64,000 nt of DNA from assembly GCA_042408215.1 (NCBI GenBank), contig JAYFMW010000027.1, positions 1 through 64,000 of the forward strand. Reading direction: 5' to 3'. Within the stretch, counting starts at the first letter, position 1. Each line of letters starts with the position of its first letter. The notes beneath the pieces were generated by a model that had not been told where the DNA came from, searched no databases, and worked only from the letters and a program-made list of their open reading frames with translations. This DNA comes from Microcoleus sp. Its GTDB lineage: Bacteria; Cyanobacteriota; Cyanobacteriia; Cyanobacteriales; Microcoleaceae. Below are positions 1 through 8,745 of the stretch, piece after piece. The translations under genes were made by a program, and so were the position numbers.

Positions 1-1
1 C

Positions 2-251
2 GACGCAAAGGATCTCGCCCCCCTCTGGCAAGCATTCGCTGCTGAACGCGAAGCTATCGACCCCTCAATGCTAGTCAAACCTAACTTTGAATTTGAAAAA
101 TACGTCATCAATTAAATCAAAAAACCCCTTTCTTTCTGCTGGTTATTAGAACACAGCGACAGCATCATCGGTTGTCTATTTATCTACTATTACGACGAAG
201 CCCCGCCTGCAAATCTCCCCGAATATTTGATTCAGCAACACCATGAGGCAC
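2..251 (+). pseudogene. GNAT-like N-acetyltransferase fragment, 5' end outside the window, internal stop
   Basis: Frame from nt 2 reads DAKDLAPLWQAFAAERE...KYVIN*IKKPLSFCWLLEHSDSIIGCLFIYYYDEAPP with TAA at 113-115, then runs into the convergent gene. Family call is by resemblance only. Confidence 0.45.
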
Positions 252-1335
252 TCAATCAAGCTTGTGTCTATCCTCAATTTGTTCTAAATACTGCAATTCA
301 GTGGGAGTAAGAGCGGTTGCTCTTTCTAACAAGTTCAGGATTTCTACTTCAAAGGGATCTAGATTGCCTAATTTGTGAAGTCGGTCAATGCGATCGCAAA
401 TTTCTTGAAGTCCCGGTTGATTTTCGAGCGGCACGACGGTGAGAGCTGAGTGTTTGAAGGTATGCAAATTCATCGCAAGAGTAGGGATGTGCCGCATCCA
501 CACGGTAGCCGTTTTCTCGCCCACTGACTGAATGCGCCCCAACCGACCGTTAACGTCCTGGCGATCGGGCGCGTACACTTCCACCAAGGAACCAATTTTG
601 AGCGTCAGGTGGTGGGCGATGGTAGGTTCACCTTCAGTTTTTACTTTTTTGTCGCGCCCCTGTAAAGTTTTGGCAACTTTAGTTGGGCGGCTCTTAACCT
701 CAGCGGCTAAGGCAATAACTTCTTTTTTGGTCAGTCCAGCAGAGCGATTCAGTATTTTCCACTTCATATCCTCTCCTCCAATAGAACTCAGGGTGTCTAC
801 TGCTTTAGCAAACTGAGCGTCTCTGCGAATCGTTTTTGGGGATGCCAAGAAAAGCGCCCCCAACTTTTCCTCTGTTTTCAAGTGGTCAAAATGACCACTT
901 GATTTTCTGTCCCCGCCACGGGGCTGCTTTGTCAGCTCGTACCAAGTGCCGCGCAAATAGCTAACCGATTCAGACGTGAGATTGCGGCGGCCCAGTTGAT
1001 TGAGGAGCATCCAAACTTTGACGGCGTTAGGGCTGTCGAAAGACAGCAGTTTGGTAGGGGATGCCGTGCGCGCTACAAATAGCATAGCGGTTGTGACCGT
1101 CAATCAGAATTTTCTCCTCAGTCCAGACCACCAACGGGTCCCGACATCCTTCCTCAAGAATACTGGATTTTAAGGCAGCGAACTCGATCGCACTCAAAGG
1201 AGGGATGAGCGTTTGGAAATCTGGGTCAATCCGCAGGGAGTCTGCAACAGTGTGGTGGCGCTTTCGGGTTGAGCCTCGCAAAACTACTAAAGGTTGACGC
1301 TGCTCGCTGCCCGGTGTCTCCTGAGTTGGGTGCAT
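252..1335 (-). pseudogene. ParB/Srx N-terminal-domain protein, frameshifted near 1045
   Basis: ORF 1027-1335 has LIPPLS..EF..LK.SI..EGCRDPLVVW...LIDGHNRY; its natural continuation FDS..AVKVWML.NQLGRRNLT...RGGDRKS is in the other frame (252-1103). Confidence 0.7.
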
Positions 1336-1503
1336 TTCCTCGTGCCTCCTGAAATAAGTTAACCCTTAACTTGCCAGCCCCTTGCCCGACACCAGTTTGA
1401 AAAAATTGACTGGTATAGGCTTATTCCATATTTATATAGTAACATGGAAACGAATTAACAATGTGGGATAATAAAGAAAATAGAGAAAGGATAATGTTGT
1501 CAA

Positions 1504-1779
1504 ATGCCTCCAAGAAAAGGAACGCAGCTCCACCCCAACTCTCTAGCTAATTTAAAGTTAGGCGGAGGCGAACCTCGATATGAGGAGCCAAAGAAGCAAA
1601 GGAACATTCAAGTAACATCTGCGGGGTGGGAAGGTTTTCGCGCTATTGCCAGAGAGCGCGGATTGAGTTTGAGCGAGTTGATCGAGCAGATTGGTAGGCG
1701 AAAGATTACTTTGACTGACGCCGAGGAACAGAGCCGCAAACAATCCACAGCCAACCTTTCAGGTATGGCTGGGCTTTGA
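1504..1779 (+). CDS. small ribbon-helix-helix/CopG-like DNA-binding protein
   Basis: 91 aa; KKQRNIQVT (beta strand), GWEGFRAIARERGLSLSELIEQIGR (two helices). Confidence 0.6.
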   Translation: MPPRKGTQLHPNSLANLKLGGGEPRYEEPKKQRNIQVTSAGWEGFRAIARERGLSLSELIEQIGRRKITLTDAEEQSRKQSTANLSGMAGL

Positions 1780-1818
1780 ATAAAAATGTACATTGCCGTC
1801 GGATGAGGAACAAACACA

Positions 1819-2439
1819 ATGGTTCAATCACCTCCAAAACTTATAACTGTTGATGAATTTATTACTAACTACGGCGACAGCGATTGTTACGAACTCATTG
1901 ATGGTGAATTAACCGAAATGGAACCAACAGGGCCGCACGAACAAGTATCCGGGTTTCTGGGACGAAAACTGAATGTAGAAATTGACCGCCTGGATATACC
2001 CTACCTTATCCCCCCTCGCTGTCTCATCAAACTATTAGGAACAGCAACAGCCTTTCGCCCCGACGTGCTGGTATTAGATGAAACTAAATTGATCGATCAA
2101 CCTTTGTGGCAACAAGAACCAGTAATTACATCAGGTTCTTCAATTAAACTGATTGCTGAAGTCGTCAGCACCAACTGGCAAAATGATTATGCCCGTAAAG
2201 TTGAAGATTACGCTTTGCTGGGAGTGCCTGAGTATTGGATTGTTGACTATCTGGGTGTTGGTGGCAGAGAATATATTGGCAAACCAAAACAGCCGACAGT
2301 TACGATTTGTACGCTGCGAGGAGATGAGTATCAAAAACAGTTGTTTCAAAAGAGCGATCGGCTTATTTCATCAATCTTTCCTGACTTGCAATTAACCGCA
2401 CAAAAAATCTTCGCTGCAGGCAGATATGCTGCTATGTAG
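1819..2439 (+). CDS. Uma2 family endonuclease-like protein (DUF820)
   Basis: YELIDGEL.EM.P..PHE, PDV.V, LIAEVVS, DY..K..DY..LGVPEYWIVD motifs. Confidence 0.93.
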   Translation: MVQSPPKLITVDEFITNYGDSDCYELIDGELTEMEPTGPHEQVSGFLGRKLNVEIDRLDIPYLIPPRCLIKLLGTATAFRPDVLVLDETKLIDQPLWQQEPVITSGSSIKLIAEVVSTNWQNDYARKVEDYALLGVPEYWIVDYLGVGGREYIGKPKQPTVTICTLRGDEYQKQLFQKSDRLISSIFPDLQLTAQKIFAAGRYAAM

Positions 2440-2449
2440 CTTATATCTA

Positions 2450-2577
2450 GGTAACGTCGGTAGGATGGAGGAAATTCGTGCGGTGTGATCGCCATTGAAC
2501 TGGGATTGAGTCTCAACGAGTTGATAGAACAGATTGGCAGGGGTCTGATTCCCTTTGGCAATGGTGAAAAAAGTAAC
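2450..2577 (+). pseudogene. degenerate partial copy of the 1504-1779 RHH gene
   Basis: ggattgagtctcaacgagttgatagaacagattggcagg aligns with ggattgagtttgagcgagttgatcgagcagattggtagg at about 1660-1698. Confidence 0.6.
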
Positions 2578-2689
2578 TAATCGCCAGATATGGAAAGGGA
2601 GGGTTCACTCAAAAAAACTTTCTATCAACTCGTTACCAGAAGTTTTTTTGAAAAAGAACACTAATTTAGTCGTTGATTCTCCGAGCATT

Positions 2690-3235
2690 CTAACTAGCTC
2701 TCAAAATTTGCTTAATTAGGGAGACAACTTGCTGCGGTCGATGCTCAAAGTGCTTCTTGATTTGAAATTTTAACGAATCTACGGGCACATCTTTTTTGTT
2801 GATTTTAAGGCGAATATGCTCACTTCGTGGCAGAGTGGAATTGAGCGATAGAATAACGGTACGGCATTGTCGGAGAGTGAGGCTATCGACTTGAATGAAG
2901 GGTAAATTTAATGGGCCGGTATCGAGTTGAATATTAGAAGCAAATTCGGCTTTAACTTGTAGCGAAGAGGTGAGGCGCTGTTCTTCTGTGGGTTCTGGAG
3001 TTGCTGCACATTCGGCAACAGCAGGAAAGGAAGCAATTTCATTGAGAAGAGGCACAAAATCTGGGGCAAGTTCTGCTGAGAGTTTTTCAGAAGGATTCAT
3101 CCGCTTCGATGCTAACAGCGTAGCGAGATAGTGAACAATTAAGCCACCGTAACCAAAAATTACCACAGTTTCAATTGTGAGGGTGAGAAAATGCTGAATA
3201 CGTTCGTACATGATTATAATTTGCAAGTGGAACAT
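2690..3235 (-). CDS. hypothetical protein with an N-terminal hydrophobic segment
   Basis: 181-aa ORF (likely start near MYERIQ); no recognisable family. Confidence 0.55.
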   Translation of the reverse strand: MFHLQIIIMYERIQHFLTLTIETVVIFGYGGLIVHYLATLLASKRMNPSEKLSAELAPDFVPLLNEIASFPAVAECAATPEPTEEQRLTSSLQVKAEFASNIQLDTGPLNLPFIQVDSLTLRQCRTVILSLNSTLPRSEHIRLKINKKDVPVDSLKFQIKKHFEHRPQQVVSLIKQILRAS

Positions 3236-3563
3236 CTCTCAAACGCGATCGCGTTTAATATCAAAGCCTTTTAACAAAAACAGTCATTTAATTTATTGCC
3301 AAACGGTTTTACGCTGACTTATTGAGCAACCTACATTCTCGGATAAAACCAATTAACCATAACTTACGCTTTGTAACTGTGTTGCAAAGCTTTGAGATTA
3401 TTCGCCTTACTTGCGGAACCTTTGCTACGCTCGATGGTAAACTCCGTCAAGGGTTCAGAATGACATAATCAAGTTATTACTCCATAAGTGCTATTAACTA
3501 AATCCTTGTGAGAATGCGATCGCAAATATCGCAAAGGGAACTGGTGCGGTGGGTGGGCGGGCA

Positions 3564-3596
3564 AATAAAATCCTGCTCCAAGCAGGATTTTATTCC
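3564..3596 (-). terminator. intrinsic terminator-like hairpin
   Basis: aataaaatcctgct-cca-agcaggattttatt inverted repeat just downstream of ORF 3619-3978. Confidence 0.55.
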
Positions 3597-3618
3597 CTTT
3601 ATCGGGGGTCGTCATCGA

Positions 3619-3978
3619 TCACTTGACAAAATCATCAATCTCTTCATTATCGTCAGTTGCCTTTTTCTTATGAGAAGCTTTGACTGCCGATTCGATATAA
3701 CGGAAGTGCAAGTCAATCACTGCTTGCTCAGATGAAAGCCAGTAAACGTTGCTCAAGATTTCTTCAAGCATCTCGTCAGCCGAGTAGCCTTCATATTGCT
3801 TGTTAAACCAAGTATTGAACGCTTCCCAGTCAAGAGCTTTACCTTTCTGCAACTGTCGTTGTTTGGCACGTCCCGTTAACTCGCGGGCAACGTGCAAAAA
3901 CATCTCGAAGCGCTGTTCTTCAAGAGTTTCGGCAAATTGCTTTTGCATCGGAGTTGGAGCGGATTTGCGATTAGCCAT
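3619..3978 (-). CDS. hypothetical protein
   Basis: 119-aa ATG-started ORF with natural composition, followed by a hairpin. Confidence 0.7.
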   Translation of the reverse strand: MANRKSAPTPMQKQFAETLEEQRFEMFLHVARELTGRAKQRQLQKGKALDWEAFNTWFNKQYEGYSADEMLEEILSNVYWLSSEQAVIDLHFRYIESAVKASHKKKATDDNEEIDDFVK

Positions 3979-4261
3979 GATTAACCCTCAAGCGTGTTTT
4001 TTTTCACAACTAAAGCGACGGCAGTCTGCTAATTACAATTAATTCAAAAAAATTAGTGGGTGGGTGAGTGGGTAAAATTAAATTCACAACCAAGGTCAAA
4101 ATTTCCTTGATTGTGAATTTGTTGGGTCTGCTTCCCAGAGCGTCCTGATTCGGACGGTGGCGACAATCATTACCCTGAATCGCAATTCGTGGAAAAGGCC
4201 TCGATAGAGGCAAAAAAATGCTCTGCTTTTTCAGCAGAGCTTTCTAATCAAACTTTAGCAA

Positions 4262-4996
4262 TTATTCGTCGTCTTCCTCAAATTCTTCGTCTTCGTCTAA
4301 ACTAAAATCATCCTCCTCATCGTCATCATCCTCATCCTCATCGCCTTCCTCGTCTTCGTCATCTTCATCAATTTCATCGAGTATGTCATCAATTTCATCA
4401 TCTTCATCATCGAGTTCGTCGTCCTCATCGAGTTCTTCAGTATCTTCTTCAGAGGATTTAGCTAACTCGTTGCGACGCTTTAAGCTTTGAGCATTGAACT
4501 CCATTAAATCGGCAATGGCAGCTTGCGGGTTGTCAGCAATTGTATCGTAAAGTTGGATCATCGCTAAGGCAACAACTTGGACATCATACTTGAGTTCATC
4601 GGGTCGGCAAACTAGCTTGGGAAACACAGTATTGTTCCACTCTTGCCAGTCGAACTTTTTACCATTGCCATTACCGTTGCGCTTATTCAACTGAGCTTGA
4701 ATATCCAATCCCAGTTTTTCGCGAATTGCGTGGCCAACCTTTGTCGAAATACGGCTATCGCGACGCTGAATTGTCACGCCGTACTTCTTATGAATTGTAT
4801 TGCGAATCTGTTTGACTAGCTCGCCAGCAAGTTGCTCGGAGCTGAGGTTAGGTTGAGGTTTTGATTTGGCTCCATTGTTACTGCCGACAGTTTGACTGTT
4901 CTGTTTTTCAGGTGGCTTAGATTTAGCAGGCACTGGTGAATGAGAGCGAATGGGAGTGGCGGCGGTTTGCTTTTTACTTGTGACCATGATTGACAA
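4262..4996 (-). CDS. hypothetical protein, basic N-terminal region and long Asp/Glu tail
   Basis: 244 aa; the last ~60 residues are almost all D/E; downstream hairpin gctctgct...agcagagc at about 4220-4240. Confidence 0.7.
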   Translation of the reverse strand: MSIMVTSKKQTAATPIRSHSPVPAKSKPPEKQNSQTVGSNNGAKSKPQPNLSSEQLAGELVKQIRNTIHKKYGVTIQRRDSRISTKVGHAIREKLGLDIQAQLNKRNGNGNGKKFDWQEWNNTVFPKLVCRPDELKYDVQVVALAMIQLYDTIADNPQAAIADLMEFNAQSLKRRNELAKSSEEDTEELDEDDELDDEDDEIDDILDEIDEDDEDEEGDEDEDDDDEEDDFSLDEDEEFEEDDE

Positions 4997-5137
4997 TTTA
5001 ACTTGCTTAACATCAATTTATGAGTGCCGTTAGGCACAATTACCCCCTCCAGTTGAGGGGGCGTATTTCGCTCATTAGCAGGAAGTTAAGTTTTAATTAC
5101 CTTAGTTAAATTATTATGTTCAACGTCGTCTCTTTAG

Positions 5138-5989
5138 TTGTATCAACTCATGAAACTTTTCAATACTTGGTCTAAGTTAAGAGTCATTCAAACTCCCATA
5201 GTTGCCCTTGAATATTACAGTGCCGATCGCCAAAAAATCTTGTCATCATTTCATCAGTACGCCAGTGAGTGTTGTTTACCTGTTTATTATTGGAATCCCG
5301 GCTATGCAACTCTTCAACAGGTGCGGTGTTTGGATAAAAATCTCCCGAAATTAGGTTGTCATTCAGACTTGACAAGCGTTTCAGATATTTCGGAAACGTA
5401 TAACAGTGAATGCGTCCTATGCAAAACTGAGCTATCTGTCGAGAGTGATGTCCTGCAATTTCTGCTGGAAAATGACTGCCCCGGTATCTTTTTGTTAGAA
5501 GATATTTTGGAATCAGAGAGTAGCGAACAGCCTCTTATCCGCCGTTATTCTCAATTAGCTAACGCATTCTTTGACTTGAAAGGGCGTTGGGCCAACCAAT
5601 ATTGGGTACTGCTGGGCGAGTACATCCAATTGCCATCAAAGCTAAGTCCATTAATTCCTCTACTCAAATGTCCGTTACCCGATCGCTTTGAAGTCGAAGT
5701 TCTTGTAGATAAGTTTTGCGATCGCAATTGTTCCCTTGATTTTGGTTTAGATGCGGTAGCTGCTAAAAAGCGGCTGGCTGTTTCTAGTCTAGGGCTGCCA
5801 ACTGCTGAAATTGAATTGGTGTTAGATCGATCGCTCTCTGTGACCGCTTCAGTTGTCCAAATCGCACAGTTGGTATTGGAGCATAAAATATCGCAACTTC
5901 GAGACCAGGGGTTGGAGTTCATTGCTTCTCCCGACGTGCCTCATGCTGGCGGTTTAGATTTATTAGACGCTTATTTGAGCGAAGTATAG
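5138..5989 (+). pseudogene. Ycf46-like AAA ATPase, N-terminal half, truncated by IS630
   Basis: Ends ...K...LRDQGLEFIASPDVPHAGGLDLL, the segment that precedes the P-loop in this family; no Walker A; the stop codon comes from the IS end. Confidence 0.7.
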
Positions 5990-6959
5990 CAACCGCCTTG
6001 GCGGTTAGGATGCAAGCTCTAGAAGATCTTCGATCGCATCACGTAAACAATCAAACCGATCTAATTGTTTGCGGATGCGACTTTTGAGCCACGACCAGCA
6101 TTTTTCAATTCTGTTCAAATCTGGGGAGTACGGCGGTAAATACAACAATTTACACCCTACACTTTGAATTAATTCCTCAATTCTGCCACCTTTATGAAAC
6201 GTGGCATTATCCATCACTACCACCTGTCCTGTCACAAGTGTTGGCAGTAAACAAGTTTCTAGCCAAATTTCAAAAACTGTTCGATTACACGCTCCAACAA
6301 CGGTAAAAGGGGCGAGGATTTTTTGGTTACATAGAGCAGCAATCATATTTACCCTATCCTCACGTCGCCCTGATTTGAGTGCATGAAACCGTTGGCATGA
6401 CGGGGTTCCAACCATAATCATACTGGTCTCTATTATCCATGCCAGATTCATCAACATAGACAATCTGAGCCGAGGGAATGGTGGACAATTCGGTTACAAA
6501 AGCCTGCCTTTTGACTTCAGCCCGCGCCCGGTAGCCCTAGGTCTTTTTTTTCGAGTAAAACCAATTTTTTTCAAAGCCCGCGAGATTGTGCGATCGCTAA
6601 TTTCTCCATCCCAAAGTGAGGCCATTTCAACTTGAGTTTTATCCCCATGAGTCTTGACAAACTCACGAAACTTCTCCCAATCAGTAATTTTATGACCGTT
6701 ACCGCGAGGCTGATTCGGTAATGCTAAAAAGTCTCCTGTTTCCGTTTGTCGCTTCAACCATAAGCTGATTGTGTTGCAACTGATACTGAATAGTATACTC
6801 GCTTCACTAATCTTTAAGCCATCTAGTTTGATAGCTTGAATGACTTTCTGACGTAGGTCATAACTGTACGGTTTTGGCATGAGTCGTGCCATCGGGTAAA
6901 CAGCATAATGGATAAGAGACTACTTCCACTTTACACCATAACCGCCTTGGCGGTTGCTA
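5987..6959 (-). mobile_element. IS630-family insertion sequence, inactivated transposase
   Basis: Terminal IRs TAGCAACCGCC(TT/AA)GGCGGTTA, TA at 5985-86 and 6960-61. ORF1 6494-6892 is HTH; A8 slippery run at about 6544-6551; DDE half has VYVDESG, VMDNATFH, LPPYSPDLNRIE. Extra TAG in KKT*GY and a second frameshift near 6400. Confidence 0.92.
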
Positions 6960-7088
6960 TATAACTGGCACGGCCGCATCGTTGAAATTCACACAAGCAT
7001 CAGTTGCAGGGTTGACTGGCAAGAGCGCGAAAAACACAAGGGCGGTCGGATAATCTCAATGCTCTTCTGTGACCTGCGGAAAATTTAG
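6960..7088 (+). pseudogene. C-terminal remnant of an unidentified gene
   Basis: Reads YNWHGRIVEIHTSISCRVDWQEREKHKGGRIISMLFCDLRKI* directly after the IS; followed by hairpin atccccctcaattgggggat + T run at about 7119-7142. Confidence 0.45.
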
Positions 7089-7395
7089 CCACTACCCGAC
7101 AACTGACGACTCAATTCCATCCCCCTCAATTGGGGGATTTTTGTGTCTACAGGTTTTGTAGACAATCTGATAGCAGTGTAGGGAGCCTATTGAGTCCTTA
7201 AAAAGTGTCTCAGTTTTGAGACATTTTTTACAGACGTTGCTAACAACGCAGTCCTCGAAAGTCTCAAGCCAATTGCTAGCAACGGTTGCAGGCGTTGACA
7301 CTAAAGGTGTACAGTGACCTAGATTTATTAGTTCTGCTTATAATGCTATTGATACAAAAGTATTATATTTTATTATGTTTTGCACTGTCTACGTG

Positions 7396-7435
7396 CGTCT
7401 ACTTATGTCTACCTGTATGTAGACATAAGTAGACG
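7396..7435. repeat. perfect inverted repeat, 17-bp arms of TAGAC units
   Basis: cgtctacttatgtctac-ctgtat-gtagacataagtagacg. Confidence 0.9.
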
Positions 7436-7540
7436 GTACTTTAATGGCTCGTGTTAGTCGATTTAGATAAGATTTAGTTATATTTTTTGTAACTATAATT
7501 GATTATTATTACTTATGAATTGCGCCCACTAGATAACCAC

Positions 7541-7716
7541 TAGACAGATGCTAGACATAATGCTAGTATCTAACTAGACAGACGCTAGACACAATGCTAG
7601 TATCTAACTAGACAGACGTTAGACACAATCCTAGTATCTAACTAGACAGACGCTAGACACAATGCTAGTATCTAACTAGACAGATGCTAGACATGATGTT
7701 GGTATCTAACTAGACA
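7541..7716 (+). repeat. iteron-like tandem array, 5 x 34 bp plus a partial copy
   Basis: Units start at 7541, 7575, 7609, 7643, 7677 (7711 partial); consensus TAGACAGAYGCTAGACACAATGCTAGTATCTAAC with CTAG about every 11-12 bp. Confidence 0.95.
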
Positions 7717-7737
7717 ATCACTAAACAGGTATTAGAC

Positions 7738-8031
7738 ATGACAGACAGATGCCAGCTTAACTTGAGATTGGACGGCCGCCGAGACTTGCTCGAAACCATT
7801 AAAGATGTCGCAGCAGCAGAGGGTTTGAGCGTCAATGCTTGGGTAGTGCGAACTTTAGAGCAAGCTGCCAACCAGGCAATAGCAGCGCCGCCAATTCAAC
7901 CTCAGACACAAGTGTCCGAAATTTCGGACATTGAATCAGTGCTAGACAAGTTGCTAGATACTAAGCTAGACACACTGCTAGCGGTTAAATTAGCAGGGAT
8001 TGAAGAACGCTTGGGAAAATTGAAAGCCTGA
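7738..8031 (+). CDS. ribbon-helix-helix (Arc/HicB-like) DNA-binding protein; candidate -1 frameshift extension to 8204 or 8357
   Basis: QLNLRL (beta strand), LLETIKDVAAAEGLSVNAWVVRTLEQAA (helices); ends at G GGA AAA followed by a hairpin. Confidence 0.75.
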   Translation: MTDRCQLNLRLDGRRDLLETIKDVAAAEGLSVNAWVVRTLEQAANQAIAAPPIQPQTQVSEISDIESVLDKLLDTKLDTLLAVKLAGIEERLGKLKA

Positions 8032-8370
8032 GCGATGGCAACAATGAATCGCTCAGGCAAGAATTGAAGGCCGCCAATAAGCAGCTTGCAGAATGGGACA
8101 AGGAGCTTGACCAATTGCACGCCCGCAACGGTGACTTAGGGTTGCAGGTGCAGATGTTGCAATCAGAGCTTGAGGCGGTCAGGACCGATCGCCCTGAAAT
8201 TTAAGAATCCGTCCCGGCCGTCGCAGATTTTCCTGAACCAAGTGACCTACTTAACCAGTTGAGGACGCGGCGCAAAAAGTCGAGGGCGGACTTGGCGGAT
8301 ATTGAGGCAATCTTAGAAATACTTTTGTCCTGGACCGATCGCCCTGAGAAGGGGTAGAGGGAAAACAAAA

Positions 8371-8414
8371 AGTGGTATATATGAGTGGTTTATATACCAC
8401 TCATATATACCACT
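8371..8414. repeat. perfect inverted repeat, 19-bp arms, next to the tRNA 3' end
   Basis: agtggtatatatgagtggt-ttatat-accactcatatataccact. Confidence 0.9.
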
Positions 8415-8481
8415 GCCTATAAAACTGCACGTATGGCTAAAAAAGCGGATAGCCTCAAAGCCTTGTGGAGTAAGGGATGTA

Positions 8482-8568
8482 CGGAGAGGGTGGGATTTGA
8501 ACCCACGTTAAAGTTGCCTTTAAAGTAGATTTCGAGTCTACCGCATTCAACCGCTCTGCCACCTCTCC
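8482..8568 (-). tRNA. tRNA-Ser(CGA)
   Basis: GGAGAGG acceptor stem, GTAGA-CT CGA AA-TCTAC anticodon arm, long variable arm, GGTTCAAATCC T-loop; CCA not encoded. Confidence 0.96.
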
Positions 8569-8745
8569 AATTGATTGACCATTTGATCATAATCGCACGA
8601 CTGAAGCTAAAAATCAACCATAAATTTCAGGTTGCTGTTGCTTCGCGACTCCTGGAATCGCATAATGGTGCGATCGAGCCACAAGTCTGGTTGAGATGTT
8701 CGCTGTTTCGTATCTTACCGCACAGCGCGCCACATTTGCCAATCT

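Noticed and set aside
6005..6892. Active IS630 transposase made by programmed frameshift
   Set aside because: The slippery run is present, but a TAG follows immediately and a second frameshift breaks the DDE half.
7541..7716. 34-bp repeats as a CRISPR array
   Set aside because: Units are contiguous with no unique spacers, and there are no cas genes.
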